Assembly: GCA_016882585.1 (NCBI GenBank)
Contig: VGPP01000001.1
Location: forward strand, 1-54,054
From: Cyanobacteria bacterium M_surface_7_m2_037
Lineage (GTDB): Bacteria > Cyanobacteriota > Cyanobacteriia > PCC-6307 > Cyanobiaceae
DNA: 54,054 nt
Direction: 5' to 3'
Part shown: positions 21,853 through 30,669 of the stretch, one piece after another
How positions within the stretch are numbered: the first letter of the stretch is position 1
Layout of the letters: the number at the start of each line of letters is the position of its first letter
Notes under the pieces: model-generated
Databases searched by the model: none
What the model was told of the DNA's origin: nothing
What the model saw: the letters and a program-made list of their open reading frames with translations, nothing else
Translations under genes and position numbers: made by a program

Positions 21853-23277
21853 TTGCCGAGCAAGGGTTCAGCACCCCTGGATTGCAGAAGGCCTGCGTTT
21901 GATGGGCGGGCTCCGCAGCCCCAACCTAGCCAGCCAGAGTTCAGGCAGAATCAGCCGCAGATTTTCTGGCAACCCTTGAACCGACATGCACTGCCATGGA
22001 TGTTGGCTCTGGGCTTATTGATCGGGTTTGCGGAGTGGCCGTATCAGGCCATTTCCGAGATGGGTTTCAAGTTGCAACGCCACCTCTGGCCACTGGACGG
22101 TCTTGGGCTGGCGACACCGAGCTCGATGCAGACCTATGGCGCGCTCGTTGTGTTCACGTTCACAACAGCCCTGCTAAGCCTCAGTTGGGGTCCGCTGGCT
22201 GCTGGCCGCGGCGGCGGTGTCGCACCCCTGATCGCCCTGGACCGCAGCCATGAAGCATTAAGAACAGAACGTGAAACAGAGTGGTTGGACAAACTCAGCC
22301 TGCGCACACAGCTGAGCCGGCTGCCCCTGGTGCTTCTCACCCATCTGGGCGGCCTGAGCGTCGGCGTTGAATCGCCCTCCGCGTCACTGGGCGCAGGCGC
22401 ACTCCTGGCCATCAGGCGGCGATGGCCTCAGTTCACGCCGCTTGCATCGATGCCGTTGCCGCTGGTTGGCGTGATCGGTGGGGCTGCTGGCTTAGGTGCG
22501 GCCTTCCGCTCCCCGCTGCTGGGCGTCGCCTACGGGCTGGAGGAACTGGGACGTCGCTCCGGCCTCCCCTTGATGGTTCCCACGCTGCTGATCGCCGCCG
22601 TCGGTGCTCTCATCAACACAGGCCTTGGTCAACCGGGTCGGCTGCCTGGACTCCAGCTCGGCCCCATCGAGCCGATGCTGTGGCCCTGGGCGGTGCTGGT
22701 CACCGCGATCGGTGCCGCTCTTGGCGCGGCATTCGTGCGAATACTGATCCCCTTCACTGCTCTGATGCAGCAGGGTCTGAAGCGGCATCGCAGCATCGCC
22801 ATTCTGTGCATCGCCTCGCTCCTGAGTCTGTTGGCCTTGCTCAGTGGCGGGCTCAGCCTCAACGATGGCAGCCTGTCCCTCGCCGCTGCCCTGCAGGGCT
22901 CAAGCGGAGGCCCCCCACAGACCCTGCTGTGGCGCTGGCTCGCTTCGTTGTTGAGCATTGCAGCCGGCGCACCCGGTGGTCTGATGCACGACGTGATGAC
23001 CCTCGGCTCCTTGATCCCAGGGCTGCTGCGATGCCTCCCAGCCGTCGCGGATCTTCCGCCAGCAGCTCTGGCTCAGCTTGGCGCAATCGGGGCCACGGCG
23101 TTATTTGCCGCTGCGAACGGAACACCGCTTTTTTGCGCGCTGTTTGTGTTCACGCTTCAGGGGGATCCTCAACTCTTGGGGCCCCTGCTCCTCGTGAGCG
23201 CCCTCAGTGAAGCAATCGGTTCAAGGATGCGTGGGGAAGGCTGGAACGAACACCTGAGTAGCGCTTTGATGAGCTAG
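21853..23277 (+). CDS. ClC chloride channel/transporter family protein (start uncertain, possibly 21976 or 22000)
   Basis: GGLSVGVESP, GGAAGLGAAFRSPLLGVAYGLEE, GAPGG and TP motifs; about 10 TM segments; no CBS domains. Confidence 0.85.
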   Translation: MPSKGSAPLDCRRPAFDGRAPQPQPSQPEFRQNQPQIFWQPLNRHALPWMLALGLLIGFAEWPYQAISEMGFKLQRHLWPLDGLGLATPSSMQTYGALVVFTFTTALLSLSWGPLAAGRGGGVAPLIALDRSHEALRTERETEWLDKLSLRTQLSRLPLVLLTHLGGLSVGVESPSASLGAGALLAIRRRWPQFTPLASMPLPLVGVIGGAAGLGAAFRSPLLGVAYGLEELGRRSGLPLMVPTLLIAAVGALINTGLGQPGRLPGLQLGPIEPMLWPWAVLVTAIGAALGAAFVRILIPFTALMQQGLKRHRSIAILCIASLLSLLALLSGGLSLNDGSLSLAAALQGSSGGPPQTLLWRWLASLLSIAAGAPGGLMHDVMTLGSLIPGLLRCLPAVADLPPAALAQLGAIGATALFAAANGTPLFCALFVFTLQGDPQLLGPLLLVSALSEAIGSRMRGEGWNEHLSSALMS

Positions 23278-23287
23278 GCGCAACCCA

Positions 23288-24910
23288 GTGATGACTGCAG
23301 CAACAACTCAGAACCCGATGGGATTCCTCGACCAGCGTTCTCCGGTGTTCACGCGGGATTGTGTGGCCTCCTCAAGTTCACCACTGGTGACCCAGGTAGG
23401 ACTGTCTGTGCTGCGGGATGGGGGCAACGCCTTCGATGCGGCTGTGGCGATGGCCGGGTTGATGGCTGTCGTCGAACCCATGTTCAATGGCCTCGGCGGC
23501 GACACCATGATCCTGGCCTGGTCGGAAGCTGAGCAACGGGTCTACGGGCTCAATGGCAGTGGCCCTGCACCTTCTGGGGCCTCGCTCGAACGCATGGGAA
23601 CGGCCCCATTTATACCGGACCATGGCGCCCAGGCCGTGACCTTGCCAGGGGCGATTTCCGGCTGGACAGCTTTGCTCGATCGCTTTGGCTCGCGCTCTCT
23701 GGAGCAGTTATGGCAGCCCGCGATTCGCTACGCCCGCGAGGGCTACCCCGTCGGCGAATCGATCGCAGGGTGTTGGCAGGGCGGGGGGCCCATGATGCAA
23801 GGGTCGGCCTCTGCCGATTTTCTGGCAACCCTGTATCCCGGTGGCCGCGCACCCAAGCCAGGCGAATTGCGATCCTTCCCTCAATTGGCAGACACCCTCG
23901 AGCGGGTCGCTATTGAAGGTCGTGATGGCTTCTACACAGGAGCAGTGGCTGAAGCGATCACGCAGACCCTGAGCGATCTGGGTGTGCCCACGCGCTGCGA
24001 TGAGCTGGCAGCCGTTCAGCCTCAATGGGTGGAGCCGTTGTCGGTGCCCTATCGCGGCTATGAGGTTCTGGGCTTGCCTCCCAATTCGCAAGGGGTTGTG
24101 GCGCTGCAGGCGCTCGGCATCGTTGATGGCTTCAATCTGGCTGCCATGGATCCCGCTGAGCGTCTGCACCATGAAATCGAAGCCCTGAGGATTGCCTTTG
24201 CCTTTGCGATCGACCATGTGGGGGAACCCACCGAAGCGATGCTCAATCAGGTGCGCCAGGCGCTATTGCCTGAGGGGCTGGCCGAGGCTCGCAACCGCAT
24301 CAACCCCAAAGCTCTGCCACTGGGGCGTGCAGTGGGTGGATGCTCAGGCGACACCACATACCTATGCACCGTGGATTCCGACGGCAACATGGTGTCGCTG
24401 ATGACCAGCATCTACGGCTTGTTCGGCTCTGCCTTGATGGCCGGCGACACCGGTGTGATCCTCAACAACCGCGCCTCAGCGTTCTGCACCCAGGCCGGAC
24501 ATCCCAATGCAGTGGCACCAGGGCGACGACCACGTCACAGCATTCTTCCTGGGCTCGTATTGCGGCACGGCCAACCAGAGTTTCTTCTGGGATGCGTTGG
24601 TGGAAACAACCATCCACAAGGGCAGCTACAAAGCCTCGTGAATGTGTTGGATCTGGGCATGAATCCGCAGCAGGCATTGGATGCCCCACGCTTCCGGGTG
24701 CTGATGACCAACGATGTTGTGCTCTTGGAAGATGCATTCCCGGAATCGGTTCGGCAGGATCTGGAAGCCCGGGGCCATCAGCTGGGCCAGGATTTTGCTT
24801 GGACCGGTGCTGCACAGATGGTGCGGGTCCACCGCGGTGAGAACGGCATCGGGCCTTGCCTGGAAAGCGGAGTTGACCATCGCCTCGATGGGGTGGCCCT
24901 GGGTTGGTGA
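23288..24910 (+). CDS. Gamma-glutamyltransferase family Ntn hydrolase (cytoplasmic, YwrD-like)
   Basis: GGNAFDAAVA, VEP..NGLGGD, PPNSQG, GD/TTY autoprocessing Thr, FGS, LNNR, PGRRP, Q.ALDAPR; no signal peptide. Confidence 0.92.
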   Translation: MMTAATTQNPMGFLDQRSPVFTRDCVASSSSPLVTQVGLSVLRDGGNAFDAAVAMAGLMAVVEPMFNGLGGDTMILAWSEAEQRVYGLNGSGPAPSGASLERMGTAPFIPDHGAQAVTLPGAISGWTALLDRFGSRSLEQLWQPAIRYAREGYPVGESIAGCWQGGGPMMQGSASADFLATLYPGGRAPKPGELRSFPQLADTLERVAIEGRDGFYTGAVAEAITQTLSDLGVPTRCDELAAVQPQWVEPLSVPYRGYEVLGLPPNSQGVVALQALGIVDGFNLAAMDPAERLHHEIEALRIAFAFAIDHVGEPTEAMLNQVRQALLPEGLAEARNRINPKALPLGRAVGGCSGDTTYLCTVDSDGNMVSLMTSIYGLFGSALMAGDTGVILNNRASAFCTQAGHPNAVAPGRRPRHSILPGLVLRHGQPEFLLGCVGGNNHPQGQLQSLVNVLDLGMNPQQALDAPRFRVLMTNDVVLLEDAFPESVRQDLEARGHQLGQDFAWTGAAQMVRVHRGENGIGPCLESGVDHRLDGVALGW

Positions 24911-24929
24911 TGACAGATCTTGCACCCCA

Positions 24930-25602
24930 ATGGGCCTGAACTCCGATCTGCTACTGCCGAATACCTTTCAGCACTACCTGCTGGGGTTATCCGCCGTGGC
25001 GAACAACTGCCCTGCGATCGGGCCCTTTCTCAGCCTGAGCCAGGATGCGCCGACACGTCAGGTACGCCGACGCCGCGTCATCGGGGTGGCCACCTTGTCC
25101 AGTCTGATGGTCATGCTGGGGGCCTACTTTCTGGTCACTGCGGTGCTGCAGTTCTTTGGCATCGGCGTGAGCGCCTTTCAGATCGCGGGCGGCCTGTTGC
25201 TTTGGGCAAGCGGTCTCAACATGTTGAATGCGCAAGATCCGGGCGACTCCCACGAGAAAAGCTACGACACCAGCCACATGGACATGGGCCAGATGACCTA
25301 GTCGGCGATCGTGCCGATTTCGCTGCCGCTCACGACCGGTGCAGGCACGATATCGACGATCACGGTGTATGCCAACAGCGCAAGCAGCTTCGATCACCGA
25401 GCCGAGCTCTTGGCAGCGATCCTGGTGATGGCCTTGATCATTGCGCTGATGTTCCTATTCGCGGCCCGGCTCACCATGCTCCTCCCATGTAGGCATGACG
25501 GTGTTGATCAAGGTCATGGGCCTGTTCACTCTGGCGATCGGCATCCAGCTTGTCGTGACCGGCTGCAGCACGATGCTTGAACAGATCCAGTTCCGGATCT
25601 AA
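24930..25602 (+). pseudogene. MarC family membrane protein, disrupted
   Basis: FFGIGVSAFQIAGGLLL, then in-frame TAG at 25299-25301, then AIVPISLPLTTGAGTIS, then a frameshift near 25485 into GMTVLIKVMGLFTLAIGIQLVVTG ending at TAA 25600-25602. Confidence 0.85.
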
Positions 25603-25718
25603 GCCTGCTTGCGCTCATGCCCACTGTGACGACTAATCTTTATGCACAGATCATGCAAGGAAAGTCAGTCAGGCACGAGGCAATACGACTATTGGTTTTT
25701 GCTTGCAACCCAGAGGCC

Positions 25719-26144
25719 TCAGGAACGCTGAAGCGACGCCAGATAGCTGACGTGAACGGGCCGCGTCCAATAAATGGCAAGCGGGATGGCAACCAGCTCG
25801 TTGATGAACATGGTGCGGATGTAGGACGCCACCTCGATTTGCCCTTGAGCCAGCAGCCAAAGCTGGATCACCAGGATCTTGACCACGCCGACCCATAAGA
25901 TCAGCCGCAACCAGTGCAGAGCGTTCAGCGACTTCCGGGTCGCCACGCCAAACATCGCGATCAGAACGGCAATCGACAGAACAATTCCGAGAGAGTGCGG
26001 CAGCACCAGCTCAGTAATGCCAAGGGCTGGATACACCCGCAGCCCATCAACGAAGATGGCCAGCAAGACCACCTGGTGCACATAAACAATCCGTGAGAAC
26101 AAGCCAAAGCCACGGGGCTTGCTCTGTCGACGATCGGACGTCAT
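25719..26144 (-). CDS. Hypothetical four-TM membrane protein
   Basis: Four hydrophobic segments; TGATG overlap with the RND permease stop. Confidence 0.7.
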   Translation of the reverse strand: MTSDRRQSKPRGFGLFSRIVYVHQVVLLAIFVDGLRVYPALGITELVLPHSLGIVLSIAVLIAMFGVATRKSLNALHWLRLILWVGVVKILVIQLWLLAQGQIEVASYIRTMFINELVAIPLAIYWTRPVHVSYLASLQRS

Positions 26145-29100
26145 CAATTGGGGCCGGAGACGGTTGGCGTTGCAGGGCTGCTGGAATCAGCATCGCGGCC
26201 ACCACCCTCACCAAACCAGCGCTCCTCGAGGTTCTTGATCGCCACATAGAACGGTGGCACTACACCGAGTGAGAGCACCGTGGCCACCAACAGGCCACCG
26301 AAGATCACTGTTCCCAGCGACTGTTGACTATTGGCTCCAGCCGTGGTGGCCACCACCAGAGGCAGGAAGCCGGCCAGCGATGCAATCGCCGTCATCAGGA
26401 TCGGGCGCATCCGTGATTCCGCAGCCGCCATCGCTGCTTCCGGGACGCTCATCCCGGCCTCCAGATGCTGCTCGGCCACCTCCACAATCAGGATGCCGTT
26501 CTTGGCCGCCAGACCAATCAACGTCACCAGACCCACCTGGGCATAGATGTTGAGATCGATCGAGCGGATCGCCAGAAACACCAGGGCGCCGAGCATGGCC
26601 AGGGGCACGGTCATCAGGATGATCACCGGCGTCACATAGCTCTCATACTGCGCCGAGAGCACCAGATACACGATCAGGATGCCCAAGGCGAACACCAGCA
26701 CGCTCGCACTGCCAGCAGACAGCTGCAGGGCAGCGATGCCAGTGAAGGCATAGCCAATGTTGTTGAAATCGAGGCTATTGAAGATGTTCTGAATCGCCGT
26801 GAGCGCCTGTCCAGAACTCTTTCCGATCGCCTCAGCCCCCTGCACCAGAACCGTGCGGTAGAGGTTGTAATGGCTGATCACCGGTGGTGCGCTGGTGAGA
26901 TCCGCTTCAGCGAACTCCGACACCTGAACCATCTTGCCGTCGCGGTTGCGGACGTAGTAACTGAGAACGTCGTCAAGGTTGCTGCGCTGATCCGGTTGCG
27001 ACTGGACGTAGATGTTGCGCACCTGACCGCTCTCATAGGTGAGGCCTGAATAGTTGCCACCCGCGAGCACAGCGATGGTTTGCATCGCCTGCTGAAAATC
27101 AACGTTCAGAGCACCCAGGATCGAGCGATCAATCTTGAGCCCGAAGGCCGGTGCACTGGGCACAAACTGCGTGTAGAGGGTGGAGAACTGACCACTGGCC
27201 TGGCCTGCATTCACCAGCTGCCCAGCCAAGTCGTTGAGCTGCGTGAAGGTGTAGGCGCCGTTGCTGAGATCGTTGAACTGGAAATAGAAGCCACCCTGGG
27301 CTGAAAAACCGGGAATCGCCGGCGGTTGAGCTGCCACCGCAAGGCCGGTGTCCAATTTGGAGAGTTTCTGGTTCAGCCTGGCAACGATGGCAGGGGTCTT
27401 GTTGTCGGCTCCCGAGCGCTCGTCCAGGGGCTTAAGGCCGAAGAAGAACACGCCCTGATCGGGACTATTGCCATTGAAGCCGGCACCACTGATCACACAG
27501 CCGGCAACGATGTCATCTTCCTCATTCAAAACCTGGGCGATTTGCGCACCCACCTTCTGCGTTTGCGACAGGGAGGCACCGTTCTGAAGCTGGTAAATGC
27601 CGAGGCCATAACCCTGATCTTCCTCAGGGATGAATGCTGATGGGAGGGCATTGAAGGCAATCGCGGTCACGACGATGCCACTGGCCAGGCCCATCAGGAT
27701 CAGCCGGCGGCGATCGATCAGCAGCCTGAGCAACTTGGCGTAGTTCTGCTCCAGACGATGGAAGGCATCGTTGAAACCATCGAAGATCGATGCCAAACGG
27801 CTGCCTGCAAAACCGAAGAGCAGCACACCAAAGATGTACGCACCGATCCCGAACGATGCAGCGCTGAACCGTCCAAACGCCAGGCCAACCACGATGCCTG
27901 CCACAGTCCAGGTCCAACCTTTCGGCTTGGGCGGCTTCTCGGTTTTGAGAATCAAGCCCGCCATCATCGGAGAGAAGGTGAGGGCGTTGAAGGTGGAGAT
28001 GGCGATCGCGAAGGCAATCGTGAGAGCGAATTGGCGATAGATGATGCCGATACCACCTGGATAGAAGGCCACCGGAACAAACACAGCCATCAACACCAAG
28101 GAGGTGGCAATCAGCGCTCCAATCAACTCACCCATGCAGGCCAGCGCCGCCTGCCGTGGTCGCATCCCGCTCTCTAGGTTCTTGGCCACGGCCTCGATCA
28201 CCACGATGGCGTCGTCCACCACCAGACCCGTCGCCAACACCAGCCCCAGCAAGGTGAGTTGGTTGATCGAGAACCCAAAGGCCTTGATGAAGGCAAACGT
28301 TCCAATCAGGGAGATCGGAATGGCCAGGCTCGGCACCACCGTGGCCCGCCAGTCCTGCAGGAACAAGAACAAGATCACCAGCACCAGCACGATGGCCAAA
28401 CCGAGAGCGTCGGTCACACCGTCGACGGCGGATTCAATGAACTGACCAACGTTGTAGATCTCCGTAACCGTGATCCCAGGCGGCACCTGACTGCGGAACT
28501 GATCCATCAGCGCCACCACAGCCTCGCTTACCTGTAGAGCATTGCTCTCAGGTGTCTGGTAGACACCAACGGTGATTGCAGGGTGATTGGCAATATCCAC
28601 ACCAGCAGTGGAATAGGTGTTGAAGCCGTAGGACGCTTCGCCAACATCCTGGAGACGCAAGAGATTGCCGGCAGGAGACTTACCCACAATCAATTGATTG
28701 AGCTGCTCAACGGACACCAAATTGCCGTTGTCCTCTACCAGAATGGGGTAAGTGAACATCTGGTTGCCACCAGCCGGCGGACCGCCCACGAGACCACCAA
28801 TGGCCACCGAGTTCTGGCTGCGGACTGCCGTCACGACCTGATCAGCTGTGAGCTGGTTGGCCGTGAGCTTGTCGGGGTCAACAAACAACCAGAACGCTGG
28901 GTTGCTACCCCCAAACAACGTGGCCTGTGCCACACCTGGGATGCGTTCAAGCTGGTAGTAGAGCTGCTCGTAGATCAGGCCGTTAATGTAGGAGCGATCG
29001 AACTGACCCTCAGTCGAACCCACTTGGTAGGCAAGCAGAATCGATGGGGTTGTTTGCAACACCGAGACGCCCGTGCTGCTCACCTGGGAGGGCAACTGCG

Positions 29101-29452
29101 GCATCGCCAGGGACACGCGGTTCTGCACGTTCACCTGGTCGATATTGATATCGGTGCTTTCGTCAAAGAAAACGTTAACCGTGCTGGAGCCCGTGTTGGT
29201 ACTCAGCGATGAGATGTAAGCCGCACCAGGCACACCATTGATCTGCTGCTCGAGCACATTGGTGACAGCCTGCTCGGTGACCAGAGAATTTGCTCCGGCA
29301 TAGGTAGCAGTGACCTGAACCTGCGGCGGGGCGATATTCGGAAGGTTTTCAATCGGCAGCGTTGGAATGGCAATCAAGCCAACCAACACAATCAAAATGC
29401 TGCAAACGGTCGTGAGAACCGGACGCTTGATGAAATTATCGGAGAGTGACAT
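26144..29452 (-). CDS. RND efflux permease (AcrB/HAE1 family)
   Basis: FIKRPV, VDDAIVV, AKNGILIVE and RMRPILMT proton-relay motifs. Confidence 0.96.
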   Translation of the reverse strand: MSLSDNFIKRPVLTTVCSILIVLVGLIAIPTLPIENLPNIAPPQVQVTATYAGANSLVTEQAVTNVLEQQINGVPGAAYISSLSTNTGSSTVNVFFDESTDINIDQVNVQNRVSLAMPQLPSQVSSTGVSVLQTTPSILLAYQVGSTEGQFDRSYINGLIYEQLYYQLERIPGVAQATLFGGSNPAFWLFVDPDKLTANQLTADQVVTAVRSQNSVAIGGLVGGPPAGGNQMFTYPILVEDNGNLVSVEQLNQLIVGKSPAGNLLRLQDVGEASYGFNTYSTAGVDIANHPAITVGVYQTPESNALQVSEAVVALMDQFRSQVPPGITVTEIYNVGQFIESAVDGVTDALGLAIVLVLVILFLFLQDWRATVVPSLAIPISLIGTFAFIKAFGFSINQLTLLGLVLATGLVVDDAIVVIEAVAKNLESGMRPRQAALACMGELIGALIATSLVLMAVFVPVAFYPGGIGIIYRQFALTIAFAIAISTFNALTFSPMMAGLILKTEKPPKPKGWTWTVAGIVVGLAFGRFSAASFGIGAYIFGVLLFGFAGSRLASIFDGFNDAFHRLEQNYAKLLRLLIDRRRLILMGLASGIVVTAIAFNALPSAFIPEEDQGYGLGIYQLQNGASLSQTQKVGAQIAQVLNEEDDIVAGCVISGAGFNGNSPDQGVFFFGLKPLDERSGADNKTPAIVARLNQKLSKLDTGLAVAAQPPAIPGFSAQGGFYFQFNDLSNGAYTFTQLNDLAGQLVNAGQASGQFSTLYTQFVPSAPAFGLKIDRSILGALNVDFQQAMQTIAVLAGGNYSGLTYESGQVRNIYVQSQPDQRSNLDDVLSYYVRNRDGKMVQVSEFAEADLTSAPPVISHYNLYRTVLVQGAEAIGKSSGQALTAIQNIFNSLDFNNIGYAFTGIAALQLSAGSASVLVFALGILIVYLVLSAQYESYVTPVIILMTVPLAMLGALVFLAIRSIDLNIYAQVGLVTLIGLAAKNGILIVEVAEQHLEAGMSVPEAAMAAAESRMRPILMTAIASLAGFLPLVVATTAGANSQQSLGTVIFGGLLVATVLSLGVVPPFYVAIKNLEERWFGEGGGRDADSSSPATPTVSGPN

Positions 29453-29465
29453 ATCTGATCAATCC

Positions 29466-30590
29466 TCAGTTGGCAGCCGCAGGGCCAATCTTCACGGGCA
29501 GACCCGTGCGCAAGAGCGCAGTATTACTCACAACAATGCGCTCACCCTTCTGAAGGCCTGAGATCAGTGGATAGCGATTGCCCTGAAGCTGCCCAAGCTG
29601 AACAGGGGTCTGCACCACGATCGGGGTTGCGGGCGGAAGCGCCTCCAACTTTTTCTTCTCAGCATCTGGAATCGTTGTGGAAGCCCTGATCTTGGGTAGC
29701 GCCTGAGCGAGGGTGATGACTTTGTAAACGAAGGGCTGCTGAGCCTGCATCATCACCGCATTCACAGGAACCGATAACTGACGACTACTGCCAGTAATAA
29801 TTCTATTTTTCACATATTGCCCCGTCTTCAAAGTGCCGTTTGGATTCGGGAACGCCGCTTTCACCAGCACCGTATTGGGCGAGGAAGCGGTGCCACTAAC
29901 ACCGAAGTAAGGAGAGATAAACACCACCTTTCCATTCGCAGAAAGCCGAGGGTTGGTCTGCGTCTTCAACTGAACGGGCTGCCCCATCTTGACTCGAAGA
30001 GCCTGGGTAGCCGGCACATCCATCAGAGTCCAGAGATTGGAGTTATCCACAATTCCGGTAATCGCCTGACCTTGCTTGACATAATCACCGATCTTCACCG
30101 TATCGAGATCGCCAATCTCTCCATCGATTGGAGCCGTGACGTATTTATATCCGAGCGTTGCAGCATCAGCCTTGACTCGGTCTCGACTCTGAATCGCCTG
30201 GGTCACATAAAAATCGCGATCCCGGGTTGAAACAGCACCCTGCTCATTCAGAAAGATGTAGCGTTCAGCATTGAGGAAATCCTTCCGTGCTTCGGCCTGA
30301 CTCGCATTAAGTGCAGATGTCTGTTGAACATTGTCGAGCACCAGGATCGGCTGCCCAGCCTTCACCTGCTGCCCCTGGCTCACCAGGATCTTCACCACCC
30401 GTCCATCGGTCTCAGGGCGGAGCGCCACATCCGTGGTAGAGCTCAACACGCTGATCACCTCGATGGAGGGGTTGAAGTCGGCGTCACCGATGCCCTCCAC
30501 CTGAACCACCAGCGGCGGCCGCGTAGGGGGCTTTGCACCGCATCCCACCAGCAGGGCAATCAGGGGGAGTGGAGCCAGGTAGCGCCGCAC
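29466..30590 (-). CDS. RND periplasmic adaptor (MFP) lipoprotein
   Basis: Lipobox LLVGC; GRVVKILV..GQQVKAG, APIDG, LKTGQYV, SGL..GE. Confidence 0.93.
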   Translation of the reverse strand: MRRYLAPLPLIALLVGCGAKPPTRPPLVVQVEGIGDADFNPSIEVISVLSSTTDVALRPETDGRVVKILVSQGQQVKAGQPILVLDNVQQTSALNASQAEARKDFLNAERYIFLNEQGAVSTRDRDFYVTQAIQSRDRVKADAATLGYKYVTAPIDGEIGDLDTVKIGDYVKQGQAITGIVDNSNLWTLMDVPATQALRVKMGQPVQLKTQTNPRLSANGKVVFISPYFGVSGTASSPNTVLVKAAFPNPNGTLKTGQYVKNRIITGSSRQLSVPVNAVMMQAQQPFVYKVITLAQALPKIRASTTIPDAEKKKLEALPPATPIVVQTPVQLGQLQGNRYPLISGLQKGERIVVSNTALLRTGLPVKIGPAAAN

Positions 30591-30669
30591 AGTCCATCGA
30601 CAGCAGAGCGCAAGCTACCGGATTTGCGGCGTTCTTTCATCGGATGATGGCCACTAAACACAAGACGGC

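Noticed and set aside
25299-25301. Pyrrolysine or read-through recoding of the MarC TAG
   Set aside because: A separate frameshift follows, and no recoding machinery is visible.
20971-30669. Prophage, ICE or transposon explanation for the AT-richer block
   Set aside because: No integrase, transposase, tRNA, att repeat or phage gene seen.
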